64,000 bases of DNA from Eledone cirrhosa (GCA_964016885.1 OZ024741.1:31868001-31932000), one strand, 5' to 3'. Shown: positions 34,270-51,000, numbered from the stretch's first letter. Numbers and translations are program-made. Notes: generated from the letters alone by a model not told the origin.

Positions 34270-34700
34270 AAATGAAGAATGACAAACGCAAATTCAATGG
34301 AAATAGATGTGAATACAATTATTAAGGAACTAGAACAGAAAGAAACCTACTGATATCTAGGGATCAATGAAGGCCAATCGGGATGGAATGCTACCGGAGG
34401 GGACATGCTGTCTTAACTCAAAGAATAAAATATCTTCTCTAAATGCTCTTAATATCCCAGTTGTCACCTATAATGTCAACAACATAAATTGGAACATTAA
34501 TGAAATGAAGAAAATAGACACCAACAACAAGAAACGTCTGACCTGTAATAAACTACAGAATTAGATGTGGATCGCCTCTAGCTCCCTAGGCATAGCGTAG
34601 ATAGAGGAATGATCTAGCTTGAGCTGTCATGCAAAATATCAACTACAGGACTCGAGCAATAGCTTGAATCCACAGACGACTGATTGCTAAAACTGGCTGT
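34270..34700 (+). pseudogene. R4/Dong-like LINE RT C-terminal fragment
   Basis: IKELEQKETY*YLGI, LNSKNKISSLN...IPVVTY...INW, DVDRL*LPR...RGMI. Confidence 0.55.
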
Positions 34701-35849
34701 AGTAATTTCAGGAGGAAGGACTCTCCGATATGTCCTGAATATCTGGGGCTGCAGGTAGCGGCTTGATATTTATTTGAGCAAATTTTCCCATTAATTAACA
34801 TCGATGACAGATATCAAATTCATTCTGATAGACATCTCTTAACCTTGATAATAAATTCTTTTCATATTCAGTCAACATCTTGATATTACCATTTACCATT
34901 ATAAATGTCTAACCTCTGGAGTTTCACCTCCAATTAGGCTGGATGAGATAGCATGTAATTTCGTACTTCATCAACTCCAATGATGTTTTCTCTAAAAGTA
35001 AGTTCCTTAGACTTGTCAATTGAATCCTCCTCTTCTAGATGTTTATTCACATCATTATTCAAAACCTCAGCGCATACTTCTGCATAGACTATGCGACAAA
35101 TCTATACTTGGGATAATACGATCTTGGTTCTGATGTTTCTAACCTGAACACTCAGCCTTTGAGATGAAATTCCCCTCATCCAACCGAAATTTGTGCACCC
35201 TTTTCCTGTATTCTTTTTCCGATGAATCACACCTCACATAACATTCCCATGATAACTTATTCTCAGCCTGAATCCACTAGATTTAGATTGTCCGATTCAA
35301 CATTGTCTTTTGGTCAACTTCTCTACCTCAGCATCAGGATTGTTACTTTGTGCCGTAAGGCTCGAACTGCTTACCATTTTCTGTGCCTCAATCTCCAGTC
35401 TGCAATTATTGTTTTGTCTCCATATTTTTGAAATAGGAAAAAGGATATTCTTCCTGGTGTCTGGTATGTTTAGGCAATTTGTCATTTCTCGGTGTTTCTA
35501 ATGTGACACGATGTCAAGGCTAGTGGCTTGGGAACTCCTGTAGGATGTAATTTTGTTCAAATATATGCGACAAATCATCACACCATAGTCATTTATTTGT
35601 ATCACTAATAATAGGGGCCGCCTTACCAAGCTATTGGGCCTTCCTTCCACGCTATTTCACCCATAGTTAAGATGGGTGGCCGTTGACTCTGAAGAGTTCA
35701 CCCGCCCTTAAATAGCTCATGATTTGTGTGCTGTTGGGGTTCTACTTAACCCCCCACCGGATTAGTCTCTGTTGGAGGAGCCGGTGTAGTCACCGTCCAC
35801 ATTATCATGAAACAAGTTGTACTAGATTACAACAACAACAACAACAATA

Positions 35850-36292
35850 ATAGTTTCTGGTTTAGGAAAAAGGCCAACCATTTTGGGGGAAAGGAAAAAC
35901 CGACATTAAATAGACCCAGTGTATCACTGGTAATACGATTTGTCGACCCGTAAGGATGAACGGCAAAGCTAACTTCGGTGGGATATAAATTCAAAAGAGA
36001 AAGGGCCATACTTCTATGCTTCAAAGCATGTTGTCCCTCGCTCTACTGATACTGCCAACCAACCATCCCCCTTGCTTCTGCAATAATGGTTTCTGATTGA
36101 AGATTTTTTGGGGAGGGGCTAGTTAATTAAATCGACCCCAGTGTGTAACTGGTACCTTAGTTTATCGACCCTCGTAAGGATGAAAGGCAAAGCTAACCGC
36201 GGCGGAATTTGAAATCAGAAAATAAATGGCCGTAATTCTATGCTGCCAAGCTTCGTGTCCGAGGCTCTTCCGATATTGCCAACCCACCACCC
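35850..36292 (-). mobile_element. Two tandem SINE family A copies
   Basis: tcgaccc..gtaaggatgaa.ggcaaagctaac occurs twice. Confidence 0.75.
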
Positions 36293-36585
36293 TTATCCAG
36301 TAATAATGATATATAACAATGGTGGAGCTACTCTAAAAAGGGGAAAATTAATTAAAGCTAAGATCATTAACTTAGATCCCAAACGCTGAAATCAGATAAA
36401 TAGAAGAGATTATTTCAGCCACCTCAGTAATTATTTCCAGTTTCAACATACTAAATTGAAAGTCATCTGGATTAGAGACACCGGGCAAGATGACTAGAAA
36501 CCTACAGAGAATGTTCGTACGTCATTATCCTAAAGCCGATATAAATATCATATACCTAACACACACACACACACACACACACACC

Positions 36586-36616
<31 letters not shown>

Positions 36617-37139
36617 TTACATACACATATACATTCACACACAAAGGCGACTAGGTTGAATACAATTATAGTGTTATTGGAAATGAAATATAGTAGGTCA
36701 AAAAATTATTAGAAGGAAGCAAATGAAGGATGATTAATGTAATAAAGGAATATGAAGAAAACTAAATACAATTTCTTTCGCTGTACATAACGAAACAATA
36801 ACTAGAAGCTAATTACACAGAGTGGAAGCTAATTAATTATACAAAACTAGAAGCTAATTACGCCGAATAAAAAAGGTTTAAAAGGGGATAAAAACAACAG
36901 AAATGATATACAACTAAAATTAATTGCAAAATCAAAATGGAAATCTAAAATATACCAAACAAAATATATTTGGAAACCATTCCACGACCAATACCTTTAA
37001 TACTTGAAAGAGAGCAATGAAATCACTGCTAAAACCAACCATAGCTCAAACATCTGATCTTTCGATGAAAGCCAAATAACAAACACAAAAGATACTTGAA
37101 ACATTATAACATCACAAAATGCTAACACACAATGCTGCA

Positions 37140-37512
37140 TTGAATTGGCAGTATCGGTAGAGTGTCGGGCATGCTTTCCAGCATAGTTACGTCCCTTTAC
37201 GGTCTGAGTTCAAATCCCGCCGAGGTTAACTTTGCCTTTCATCCTTACGGGGTCGATAAAATAAAGTACCAGTAATGCACTGGGGTAATTACTGGCCCTG
37301 TGCCAAAAGTAGAAACAATTATCTCATAATAATTGTTTCTACTTTTGGCACAGGGCCATCAATTACCCAGTACATTACTGGTAGTTTATTTTATCGACCC
37401 CGTAAGGATGAAAGGCAAAGTTAACTTCGGCGGGATTTGAACTCAGACCGTAAAGGGACGTAACTATGCTGGAAAGCATGGCGTCCCTATCAATACTGCC
37501 AATCCACCGCCC
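37140..37512. mobile_element. Tail-to-tail inverted pair of SINE family A copies
   Basis: 37140-37322 (+) and 37330-37512 (-) are near-perfect reverse complements. Confidence 0.85.
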
Positions 37513-39061
37513 TATGAGATAATGATTTGTGACTAGCTCTTGAAAAGTTAAAACTGAGCAATATGCCGATAATTTGACAATTGAGCTGTAGTGTGTAAAA
37601 CTCGGCGTATGGCCATGTTCTGGCGAAGAAAATAAGCCTGGTGTAATAAGTTAGAATTAAATACACATTCACTTTGCTAGGACAAATATCAAGATATTAA
37701 ATGACATAATTCTAAACCTAAACTACTCTACTATTTCTCCAGTTGCAGGGCATGCCTGGAATATTCATGTATGGTTATTAAAAACATTAGATAGAAGGAG
37801 AAAAATAGCACCTATGATTTTTCTTTCAGTGCCCCCGATACTTTTGGAGGAGAGGAGGTATTTTCAGAACACATATATAAGTGAACATTATGGGAACAAG
37901 CATGTCTGTTTATGTCGGAATTCCACATCGCATCTCGGTGGATTTATGCATAAATCCGGTATCCATCATTTTGAGAAAGTATCTTTTACCAAACATTTAT
38001 CATTCAAGAGAGAGTTGATGTTAAACTGGTTTAAGACGGATTAAGACAATCAACAAGAAAAGTAATGAATTATCCCCCAAATAGTACTAAGAATTAAACA
38101 TCAAAATAGAAAGACAAACATTAGACATATACAGAATAATGAATGGGATTTTCAAACCTTCTCACAGAGAATGTCAGATCATATATGAAACAATAGCTAT
38201 AAATATGAATTGAAATTGTGTTAGAGACACTTGTCTTTTGAACTTGCTACCTATGTTATGGTGCTTATCATACGAAGTTTTCACTCTGTTAGTTTGATCT
38301 GCTAGAAATATAGGCAAATAGCTCGAGAGACTTGAAATACTATCACATTGTCGAATAATGCATTTCTAGACACATTCATTCTATCTAAAACACAATAGAA
38401 GTCAGGATGGTCATGTTTGGAATGCTTTCAATTCATATGTCTGCCTAATCAGAGCAGCGCTATAGTTAAACAATAACGAAACGTTGACGCATAGTTGCTT
38501 GGCCTCCCCCAAATTACATTGAAACAATATCAAAACGAGTATGAGAGATTGTTAGTAATGATTTTAATCATAAGTCCTACTCAATAATAAAAGAGGTAAA
38601 AGTGTCTAGACATAGATATAAACGAAGTAGCTATTGTTGTTGTTTGAAGAGGAATTTTAGCAGTTGTTGTCGTTGCTGTTGTTGTTGGTTTTTATTGTTG
38701 CTGTTTTTATTGTGTTGATTGTTGCTGTTATTGTTGCTGTAGTGTTAAATGATCGATAAATTTACACGCATTAAACTCAATCCAGAATCAATTCAGACTT
38801 AAATTCTAAAATTAGATTGATATTCTTATTGAAGTGACCACCACTGTCAATATGCAGCACAACAAAGATGAACCAATAAAAAGAAAGAAATGGTACATCC
38901 TGTATTTCTATAATACCACCATCCCTATAATATAACCACTGCAATTAACATCATCATAGAAAGCACTATCAACACCATCACAACTAACACCACCACTATC
39001 ACCATGACCAATACACGTCAGAAGTATTATTGTTATATGAACAAAAATAGCTCACCATTTT

Positions 39062-42000
39062 TAACCCTGACACCAACACCAGTATCGTCAAGATACCTCA
39101 CTCTGACACCAACCCCAGTATCGTCAAGATACCTCACTCTGACACCAACCCCAGTATCGTCAAGATACCTCACCCTGACACCAACACCAGTATCGTCAAG
39201 ACACCTCACTCTGACACCAACACCAGTATCATCAAGATACCTCACCCTGACACCAACACCAGTATCGTCAAGATACCTCACCCTGACACCAACACCAGTA
39301 TCGTCAAGACACCTCACTCTGACACCAACACCAGTATCGTCAAGATACCTCACTCTGACAACATCACCAGTATCGTAAAGATACCTCACTCTGACACCAA
39401 CACCAGTATCGTCAAGATACCTCACTCTGACACCAACACCAGTATCGTCAAGATACCTCACTCTGACACCAACACCAGTATCGTCAAGACACCTCACTCT
39501 GACACCAACACCAGTATCGTCAAGATACCTCACTCTGACAACATCACCAGTATCGTAAAGATACCTCACTCTGACACCAACACCAGTATCGTCAAGATAC
39601 CTCACTCTGACACCAACCCCAGTATCGTCAAGATACCTCACCCTGACACCAACACCAGTATCGTCAAGACACCTCACTCTGACACCAACACCAGTATCAT
39701 CAAGATACCTCACCCTGACACCAACACCAGTATCGTAAAGATACCTCACTCTGACACCAACACCAGTATCGTCAAGATACCTCACTCTGACACCAACACC
39801 AGTATCATCAAGATACCTCACTCTGACAACATCACCAGTATCGTCAAGATACCTCACTCTGACACCAACACCAGTATCGTCAAGATACCTCACTCTGACA
39901 CCAACACCAGTATCGTCAAGACACCTCACTTTGACAACATCACCAGTATCGTCAAGATACCTCACCCTGACACCAACACCAGTATCGTCCAGATACCACA
40001 CTTTGACAACATCACCAGTATCGTCAATATACCTCACTCTGACACCAACACCAGTATCGTCAAGATACCTCACCCTGACACCAACACCAGTATCGTCCAG
40101 ATACCTCACTTTGACAACATCACCAGTATCGTCAAGATACCTCACTCTGACAACATCACCAATATCTTCAAGATACCTCACTCTGACACCAACACCAGTA
40201 TCGTCAAGATACCTCACCCTGACACCAACACCAGTATCGTCCAGATACCTCACTTTGACAACATCACCAGTATCGTCAAGATACCTCACTCTGACAACAT
40301 CACCAATATCTTCAAGATACCTCATTCTGACACCAACACCAGTATCGTCAAGATACCTCACTCTGACACCAACACCAGTATCGTCAAGATACCTCATTCT
40401 GACACCAACACCAGTATCGTCAAGATACCTCACTCTGACAACATCACCAGTAACGTAAAGATACCTCACTCTGACACCAACACCAGTATCGTCAAGATAC
40501 CTCACTCTGACACCAACACCAGTATCGTCAAGATACCTCACTCTGACACCAACACCAGTATCGTCAAGATACCTTACTCTGACACCAACACCAGTATCGT
40601 CAAGATACCTCACTCTGACACCAACACCAGTATCGTCAAGATACCTCACCCTGACACCAACACCAGTATCGTCAAGATACCTCACCCTGACACCAACACC
40701 AGTATCGTCAAGATACCTCACTCTGACACCAACACCAGTATCGTCAAGATACCTCACTCTGACAACATCACCAATATCGTCAAGATACCTCACTCTGACA
40801 ACATCACCAATATCGTCAAGATACCTCACTCTGACAACATCACCAGTATCGTCAAGATATCTCACTCTGACACCAACACCAGTATCGTCAAGATACCTCA
40901 CTCTGACAACATCACCAGTATCGTCAGGATACCTCACTCTGACACCAACACTAGTATCGTCAAGATACATCACCCTGACAACATCACCAGTAACGTCAAG
41001 ATACCTCACTCTGACACCAACACCAGTATCGTCAAGATACCTCACTCTGACACCAACACTAGTATCGTCAAGATACATCACCCTGACACCAACACCAGTA
41101 TCGTCAAGATACCTCACCCTGACACCAACACCAGTATCGTCAAGATACCTCACTCTGACAACATCACCAGTATAATCAGGATACCTCACCCTGACACCAA
41201 CACCAGTATCGTCAAGATACCTCACTCTGACAACATCACCAGTATCATCAGGATACCTCACCCTGACACCAACACCAGTATCGTCAAGATACCTCACCCT
41301 GACACCAACACCAGTATCGTCAAGATACCTCACTCTGACAACATCACCAGTATCGTCAAGATACCTCACTCTGACAACATCACCAGTATCGTCAAGATAC
41401 CTCACCCTGACACCAACACCAGTATCGTCAAGATACCTCACCCTGACACCAACCCCAGTATCGTCAAGATACCTCACTCTGACACCAACACCAGTATCGT
41501 CAAGATACCTCACTCTGACACCAACACCAGTATCGTCAAGATATCTCACTCTGACACCATCACCAGTATCGTCAAGATACCTCACCCTGACACCAACACC
41601 AGTATCGTCAGGATACCTCACTCTGACACCAACCCCAGTATCGTCAGGATACCTCACTCTGACACCAAAACCAGTATCGTCAAGATACCTTACTCTGACA
41701 CCAACACCAGTATCGTCAAGATACCTCAGTCTGACACCAACACCAGTATCGTCAAGATACCTCACCCTGACACCAACACCAGTATCGTCAAGATACCTCA
41801 CCCTGACACTAACACCAGTATCGTCAAGATACCTCACTCTGACACCAACACCAGTATCGTCAAGATATCTCACTCTGACAACATCACCAATATCGTCAAG
41901 ATACCTCACTCTGACAACATCACCAATATCGTCAAGATACCTCACTCTGACAACATCACCAGTATCGTCAAGATATCTCACTCTGACACCAACACCAGTA

Positions 42001-45000
42001 TCGTCAAGATACCTCACTCTGACAACATCACCAGTATCGTCAGGATACCTCACTCTGACACCAACACCAGTATCGTCAAGATACCTCACTCTGACAACAT
42101 CACCAGTAACGTCAAGATACCTCACTCTGACACCAACACCAGTATCGTCAAGATACCTCACTCTGACAACATCACCAATATCGTCAAGATACCTCACTCT
42201 GACAACATCACCAGTATCGTCAAGATACCTCACTCTGACACCAACACCAGTATCGTCAAGATACCTCACTCTGACACCAACACCAGTATCGTCAAGATAC
42301 CTCACTCTGACACCAACACCAGTATCGTCAAGATACCTCACTCTGACACCAACACCAGTATCGTCAAGACACCTCACTCTGACACCAACCCCAGTATCGT
42401 CAAGATACCTCACTCTGACAACATCACCAATATCGTCAAGATACCTCACTCTGACACCAACACCAGTATCGTCAAGATACCTCACTCTGATAACATCACC
42501 AGTATCGTCAAGATACCTCACTCTGACACCAACACCAGTATCGTCAAGATACCTCACTCTGACACCAACACCAGTATCGTCAAGATACCTCACTCTGACA
42601 ACATCACCAATATCGTCAAGATACCTCACTCTGACACCAACACCAGTATCGTCAAGATACCTCACTCTGACACCAACACCAGTATCGTCAAGATACCTCA
42701 CTCTGACAACATCACCAATATCGTCAAGATACCTCACTCTGACACCAACACCAGTATCGTCAAGATACCTCACTCTGACAACATCACCAGTATCGTCAAG
42801 ATACCTCACTCTGACACCAACACCAGTATCGTCAAGATACCTCACTCTGACACCAACACCAGTATCGTCAAGATACCTCACTCTGACACCAACACCAGTA
42901 TCGTCAAGATACCTCACTCTGACACCAACCCCAGTATCGTCAAGATACCTCACTCTGACACCAACACCAGTATCGTCAAGATACCTCACTCTGACACCAA
43001 CACCAGTATCGTCAAGATACCTCACTCTGACACCAACACCAGTATCGTCAAGATACCTCACCCTGACACCAACACCAGTATCGTCAAGATACCTCACTCT
43101 GACACCAACACCAGTATCGTCAAGATACCTCACTCTGACACCAACCCCAGTATCGTCAAAATAACTCACTGTGACACCAACCCCAGTATCGTCAAGATAC
43201 CTCACCCTGACACCAACACCAGTATCGTCAAGACACCTCACTCAGACACCAACACCAGTATCATCAAGATACCTCACCCTGATACCAACACCAGTATCGT
43301 CAAGATACCTCACTCTGACACCAACACCAGTATCGTAAAGATACCTCACTCTGACACCAACACCAGTATCGTCAAGATACCTCACTCTGACACCAACACC
43401 AGTATCGTAAAGATACCTCACCCTGACACCAACACCAGTATCGTCAAGACACCTCACTCTGACACCAACACCAGTATCGTCAAGATACCTCACTCTGACA
43501 CCAACACCAGTATCGTCAAGATACCTCACTCTGACAACATCACCAGTATCGTAAAGATACCTCACTCTGACACCAACACCAGTATCGTCAAGATACCTCA
43601 CTCTGACACCAACACCAGTATCGTCAAGATACCTCACTCTGACACCAACCCCAGTATCGTCAAGATACCTCACCCTGACACCAACACCAGTATCGTCAAG
43701 ACACCTCACTCTGACACCAACACCAGTATCATCAAGATACCTCACCCTGACACCAACACCAGTATCGTAAAGATACCTCACTCTGACACCAACACCAGTA
43801 TCATCAAGATACCTCACTCTGACAACATCACCAGTATCGTCAAGATACCTCACTCTGACACCAACACCAGTATCGTCAAGACACCTCACTCTGACACCAA
43901 CACCAGTATCGTCAAGACAGCTCACTCTGACACCAACACCAGTATCATCAAGATACCTCACCCTGACACCAACACCAGTATCATCAAGATACCTCACCCT
44001 GACACCAACACCAGTATCGTAAAGATACCTCACTCTGACACCAACACCAGTATCGTCAAGACACCTCACTCTGACACCAACACCAGTATCATCAAGATAC
44101 CTCACCCTGACACCAACACCAGTATCGTCAAGACACCTCACTCTGACACCAACACCAGTATCGTCAAGATACCTCACTCTGACAACATCACCAATATCGT
44201 CAAGATACATCACCCTGACACCAACACCAGTATCGTCAAGATACCTCACTCTGACACCAACACCAGTATCGTCAAGATACCTCACTCTGACAACATCACC
44301 AATATCGTCAAGATACCTCACTCTGACAACATCACCAGTATCGTCAAGATATCTCACTCTGACACCAACACCAGTATCGTCAAGATACCTCACTCTGACA
44401 CCAACACCAGTATCGTCAAGATACCTCACTCTGACAACATCACCAATATCGTCAAGATACCTCACTCTGACAACATCACCAATATCGTCAAGATACCTCA
44501 CTCTGACACCAACACCAGTATCGTCAAGATACCTCACTCTGACACCAACCCCAGTATCATCAAGATACCTCACTCTGACACCAACACCAGTATCGGCAAG
44601 ATACCTCACTCTGACACCAACACCAGTATCGTCAAGATACCTCACCCTGACACCAACACCAGTATCGTCAAGATACCTCACTCTGACACCAACACCAGTA
44701 TCGTTAAGATACCTCACTCTGACACCAACACCAGTATCGTCAAGTTACCTCACTCTGACACCAACACCAGTATCGTCAAGATACCTCACTCTGACACCAA
44801 CCCCAGTATCGTCAAGATACCTCACCCTGACACCAACACCAGTATCGTCAAGACACCTCACTCTGACACCAACACCAGTATCATCAAGATACCTCACCCT
44901 GACACCAACACCAGTATCGTAAAGATACCTCACTCTGACACCAACACCAGTATCGTCAAGATACCTCACTCTGACACCAACACCAGTATCATCAAGATAC

Positions 45001-48000
45001 CTCACTCTGACAACATCACCAGTATCGTCAAGATACCTCACTCTGACACCAACACCAGTATCGTCAAGACACCTCACTCTGACACCAACACCAGTATCGT
45101 CAAGACACCTCACTCTGACACCAACACCAGTATCATCAAGATACCTCACCCTGACACCAACACCAGTATCATCAAGATACCTCACCCTGACACCAAGACC
45201 AGTATCGTAAAGATACCTCACTCTGACACCAACACCAGTATCGTCAAGACACCTCACTCTGACACCAACACCAGTATCATCAAGATACCTCACCCTGACA
45301 CCAACACCAATATCGTCAAGACACCTCACTCTGACACCAACACCAGTATCGTCAAGATACCTCACTCTGACAACATCACCAATATCGTCAAGATACCTCA
45401 CCCTGACACCAACACCAGTATCGTCAAGATACCTCACTCTGACACCAACACCAGTATCGTCAAGATACCTCACTCTGACAACATCACCAATATCGTCAAG
45501 ATACCTCACTCTGACAACATCACCAGTATCGTCAAGATATCTCACTCTGACACCAACACCAGTATCGTCAAGATACCTCACTCTGACAACATCATCAGTA
45601 TCGTCAGGATACCTCACTCTGAGACCAACACCAGTATCGTCAAGATACATCACTCTGACAACATCACCAGTATCGTCAAGATACCTCACTCTGACACCAA
45701 CACCAGTATCGTCAAGATACCTCCCTCTGACACCAACACCAGTATCGTCAAGATACCTCACTCTGACACCAACCCCAGTATCGTCAAGATACCTCACTCT
45801 GACACCAACACCAGTATCGTCAAGATACCTTACTCTGACACCAACACCAGTATCGTCAAGATATCTCACTCTGACACCAACACCAGTATCGTCAAGATAC
45901 CTCACCCTGACACCAACACCAGTATCGTCAAGATACCTCACCCTGACACCAACACCAGTATCGTCAAGATACCTCACTCTGACACCAACACCAGTATCGT
46001 CAAGATACCTCACTCTGACAACATCACCAATATCGTCAAGATACCTCACTCTGACAACATCACCAATATCGTCAAGATACATCACTCTGACACCAGCACC
46101 AGTATCGTCAAGATACCTCACTCTGACACCAACCCCAGTATCGTCAAGATACCTCACTCTGACACCAACTCCAGTATCGTCAAGATACCTCACTCTGACA
46201 CCAACACCAGTATCGTCAAGATACCTCACCCTGACACCAACACCAGTATCGTCAAGATACCTCACTCTGACACCAACACCAGTATCGTCAAGATACCTCA
46301 CTCTGACAACATCACCAATATAGTCAAGATACCTCAGTCTGACAACATCACCAGTATCGTCAAGATATCTCACTCTGACACCAACACCAGTATCGTCAAG
46401 ATACCTCACTCTGACACCAACACCAGTATCGTTAAGATACCTCACTCTGACACCAACACCAGTATCGTCAAGATACCTCACCCTGACACCAACACCAGTA
46501 TCGTAAAGATACCTCACTCTGACACCAACACCAGTATCGTCAAGACACCTCACTCTGACACCAACACCAGTATCATCAAGATACCTCACCCTGACACCAA
46601 CACCAGTATCGTCAAGACACCTCACTCTGACACCAACACCAGCATCGTCAAGATACCTCACTCTGACAACATCACCAATATCGTCAAGATACCTCACCCT
46701 GACACCAACACCAGTATCGTCAAGATACCTCACTCTGACACCAACACCAGTATCGTCAAGATACCTCACTCTGACAACATCACCAATATCGTCAAGATAC
46801 CTCACTCTGACAACATCACCAGTATCGTCAAGATATCTCACTCTGACACCAACACCAGTATCGTCAAGATACCTCACTCTGACAACATCATCAGTATCGT
46901 CAGGATACCTCACTCTGAGACCAACACCAGTATCGTCAAGATACATCACTCTGACAACATCACCAGTAACGTCAAGATACCTCACTCTGACACCAACACC
47001 AGTATCGTCAAGATACCTCCCTCTGACACCAACACCAGTATCGTCAAGATACCTCACTCTGACACCAACCCCAGTATCGTCAAGATACCTCACTCTGACA
47101 CCAACACCAGTATCGTCAAGATACCTCACTCTGACACCAACACCAGTATCGTCAATATATCTCACTCTGACACCAACACCAGTATCGTCAAGATACCTCA
47201 CCCTGACACCAACACCAATATCGTCAAGATACCTCACCCTGACACCAACACCAGTATCGTCAAGATACCTCACTCTGACACCAACACCAGTATCGTCAAG
47301 ATACCTCACTCTGACAACATCACCAATATCGTCAAGATACCTCACTCTGACAACATCACCAATATCGTCAAGATACCTCACTCTGACACCAACACCAGTA
47401 TCGTCAAGATACCTCACTCTGACACCAACCCCAGTATCGTCAAGATACCTCACTCTGACACCAACACCAGTATCGTCAAGATACCTCACTCTGACACCAA
47501 CACCAGTATCGTCAAGATACCTCACCCTGACACCAACACCAGTATCGTCAAGATACCTCACTCTGACACCAACACCAGTATCGTTAAGATACCTCACTCT
47601 GACACCAACACCAGTATCGTCAAGTTACCTCACTCTGACACCAACACCAGTATCGTCAAGATACCTCACTCTGACACCAACCCCAGTATCGTCAAGATAC
47701 CTCACCCTGACACCAACACCAGTATCGTCAAGACACCTCACTCTGACACCAACACCAGTATCATCAAGATACCTCACTCTGACACCAACACCAGTATCGT
47801 CAAGATACCTCACTCTGACACCAACACCAGTATCATCAAGATACCTCACTCTGACAACATCACCAGTATCGTCAAGATACCTCACTCTGACACCAACACC
47901 AGTATCGTCAAGACACCTCACTCTGACACCAACACCAGTATCGTCAAGACACCTCACTCTGACACCAACACCAGTATCATCAAGATACCTCACCCTGACA

Positions 48001-51000
48001 CCAACACCAGTATCATCAAGATACCTCACCCTGACACCAAGACCAGTATCGTAAAGATACCTCACTCTGACACCAACACCAGTATCGTCAAGACACCTCA
48101 CTCTGACACCAACACCAGTATCATCAAGATACCTCACCCTGACACCAACACCAATATCGTCAAGACACCTCACTCTGACACCAACACCAGTATCGTCAAG
48201 ATACCTCACTCTGACAACATCACCAATATCGTCAAGATACCTCACCCTGACACCAACACCAGTATCGTCAAGATACCTCACGCTGACACCAACACCAGTA
48301 TCGTCAAGATACCTCACTCTGACAACATCACCAATATCGTCAAGATACCTCACTCTGACAACATCACCAGTATCGTCAAGATATCTCACTCTGACACCAA
48401 CACCAGTATCGTCAAGATACCTCACTCTGACAACATCATCAGTATCGTCAGGATACCTCACTCTGAGACCAACACCAGTATCGTCAAGATACATCACTCT
48501 GACAACATCACCAGTAACGTCAAGATACCTCACTCTGACACCAACACCAGTATCGTCAAGATACCTCACTCTGACACCAACCCCAGTATCGTCAAGATAC
48601 CTCACTCTGACACCAACACCAGTATCGTCAAGATACCTTACTCTGACACCAACACCAGTATCGTCAAGATATCTCACTCTGACACCAACACCAGTATCGT
48701 CAAGATACCTCACCCTGACACCAACACCAGTATCGTCAAGATACCTCACCCTGACACCAACACCAGTATCGTCAAGATACCTCACTCTGACACCAACACC
48801 TGTATCGTCAAGATACCTCACTCTGACAACATCACCAATATCGTCAAGATACCTCACTCTGACAACATCACCAATATCGTCAAGATACCTCACTCTGACA
48901 CCAACACCAGTATCGTCAAGATACCTCACTCTGACACCAACCCCAGTATCGTCAAGATACCTCACTCTGACACCAACACCAGTATCGTCAAGATACCTCA
49001 CTCTGACACCAACACCAGTATCGTCAAGATACCTCACCCTGACACCAACACCAGTATCGTCAAGATACCTCACTCTGACACCAACACCAGTATCGTCAAG
49101 ATACCTCACTCTGACAACATCACCAATATAGTCAAGATACCTCAGTCTGACAACATCACCAGTATCGTCAAGATATCTCACTCTGACACCAACACCAGTA
49201 TCGTCAAGATACCTCACTCTGACACCAACACCAGTATCGTTAAGATACCTCACTCTGACACCAACACCAGTATCGTCAAGATACCTCACTCTGACACCAA
49301 CACCAGTATCGTCAAGATACCTCACTCTGACACCAACACCAGTATCGTTAAGATACCTCACTCTGACACCAACACCAGTATCGTCAAGATACCTCACTCT
49401 GACACCAACACCAGTATCGTCAAGATACCTCACTCTGACAACATCACCAGTATCGTCAAGATACCTCACCCTGACACCAACACCAGTATCGTCAAGATAC
49501 CTCACCCTGACACCAACACCAGTATCGTCAAGATACCTCACCCTGACACCAACACCAGTATCGTCAAGATACCTCACTCTGACAACATCACCAGTATCAT
49601 CAGGATACCTCACCCTGACACCAACACCAGTATCGTCAAGATACCTCACCCTGACACCAACACCAGTATCGTCAAGATACCTCACTCTGACACCAACACC
49701 AGTATCGTCAAGATATCTCACTCTGACACCAACACCAGTATCGTCAAGATACCTCACTCTGACACCATCACCAGTATCGTCAAGATACCTCACCCTGACA
49801 CCAACACCAGTATCGTCAAGATACCTCACTCTGACACCAACCCCAGTATCGTCAAGATACCTCACTCTGACACCAAAACCAGTATCGTCAAGATACCTTA
49901 CTCTGACACCAACACCAGTATCGTCAAGATACCTCAGTCTGACACCAACACCAGTATCGTCAAGATACCTCACCCTGACACCAACACCAGTATCGTCAAG
50001 ATACCTCACCCTGACACCAACACCAGTATCGTCAAGATACCTCACTCTGACACCAACACCAGTATCGTCAAGATACCTCACTCTGACAACATCACCAATA
50101 TCGTCAAGATACCTCACTCTGACAACATCACCAATATCGTCAAAATACCTCACTCTGACAACATCACCAGTATCGTCAAGATATCTCACTCTGACAACAT
50201 CACCAATATCGTCAAGATACCTCACTCTGACACCAACACCAGTATCGTCAAGATACCTCACTCTGACACCAACCCCAGTATCGTCAAGATACCTCACTCT
50301 GACACCAACACCAGTATCGTCAAGATACCTCACTCTGACACCAACACCAGTATCGTCAAGATACCTCACCCTGACACCAACACCAGTATCGTCAAGATAC
50401 CTCACTCTGACACCAACACCAGTATCGTCAAGATACCTCACTCTGACAACATCACCAATATAGTCAAGATACCTCAGTCTGACAACATCACCAGTATCGT
50501 CAAGATATCTCACTCTGACACCAACACCAGTATCGTCAAGATACCTCACTCTGACACCAACACCAGTATCGTTAAGATACCTCACTCTGACACCAACACC
50601 AGTATCGTCAAGATACCTCACTCTGACACCAACACCAGTATCGTCAAGATACCTCACTCTGACACCAACACCAGTATCGTTAAGATACCTCACTCTGACA
50701 CCAACACCAGTATCGTCAAGATACCTCACTCTGACACCAACACCAGTATCGTCAAGATACCTCACTCTGACAACATCACCAGTATCGTCAAGATACCTCA
50801 CCCTGACACCAACACCAGTATCGTCAAGATACCTCACCCTGACACCAACACCAGTATCGTCAAGATACCTCACCCTGACACCAACACCAGTATCGTCAAG
50901 ATACCTCACTCTGACAACATCACCAGTATCATCAGGATACCTCACCCTGACACCAACACCAGTATCGTCAAGATACCTCACCCTGACACCAACACCAGTA

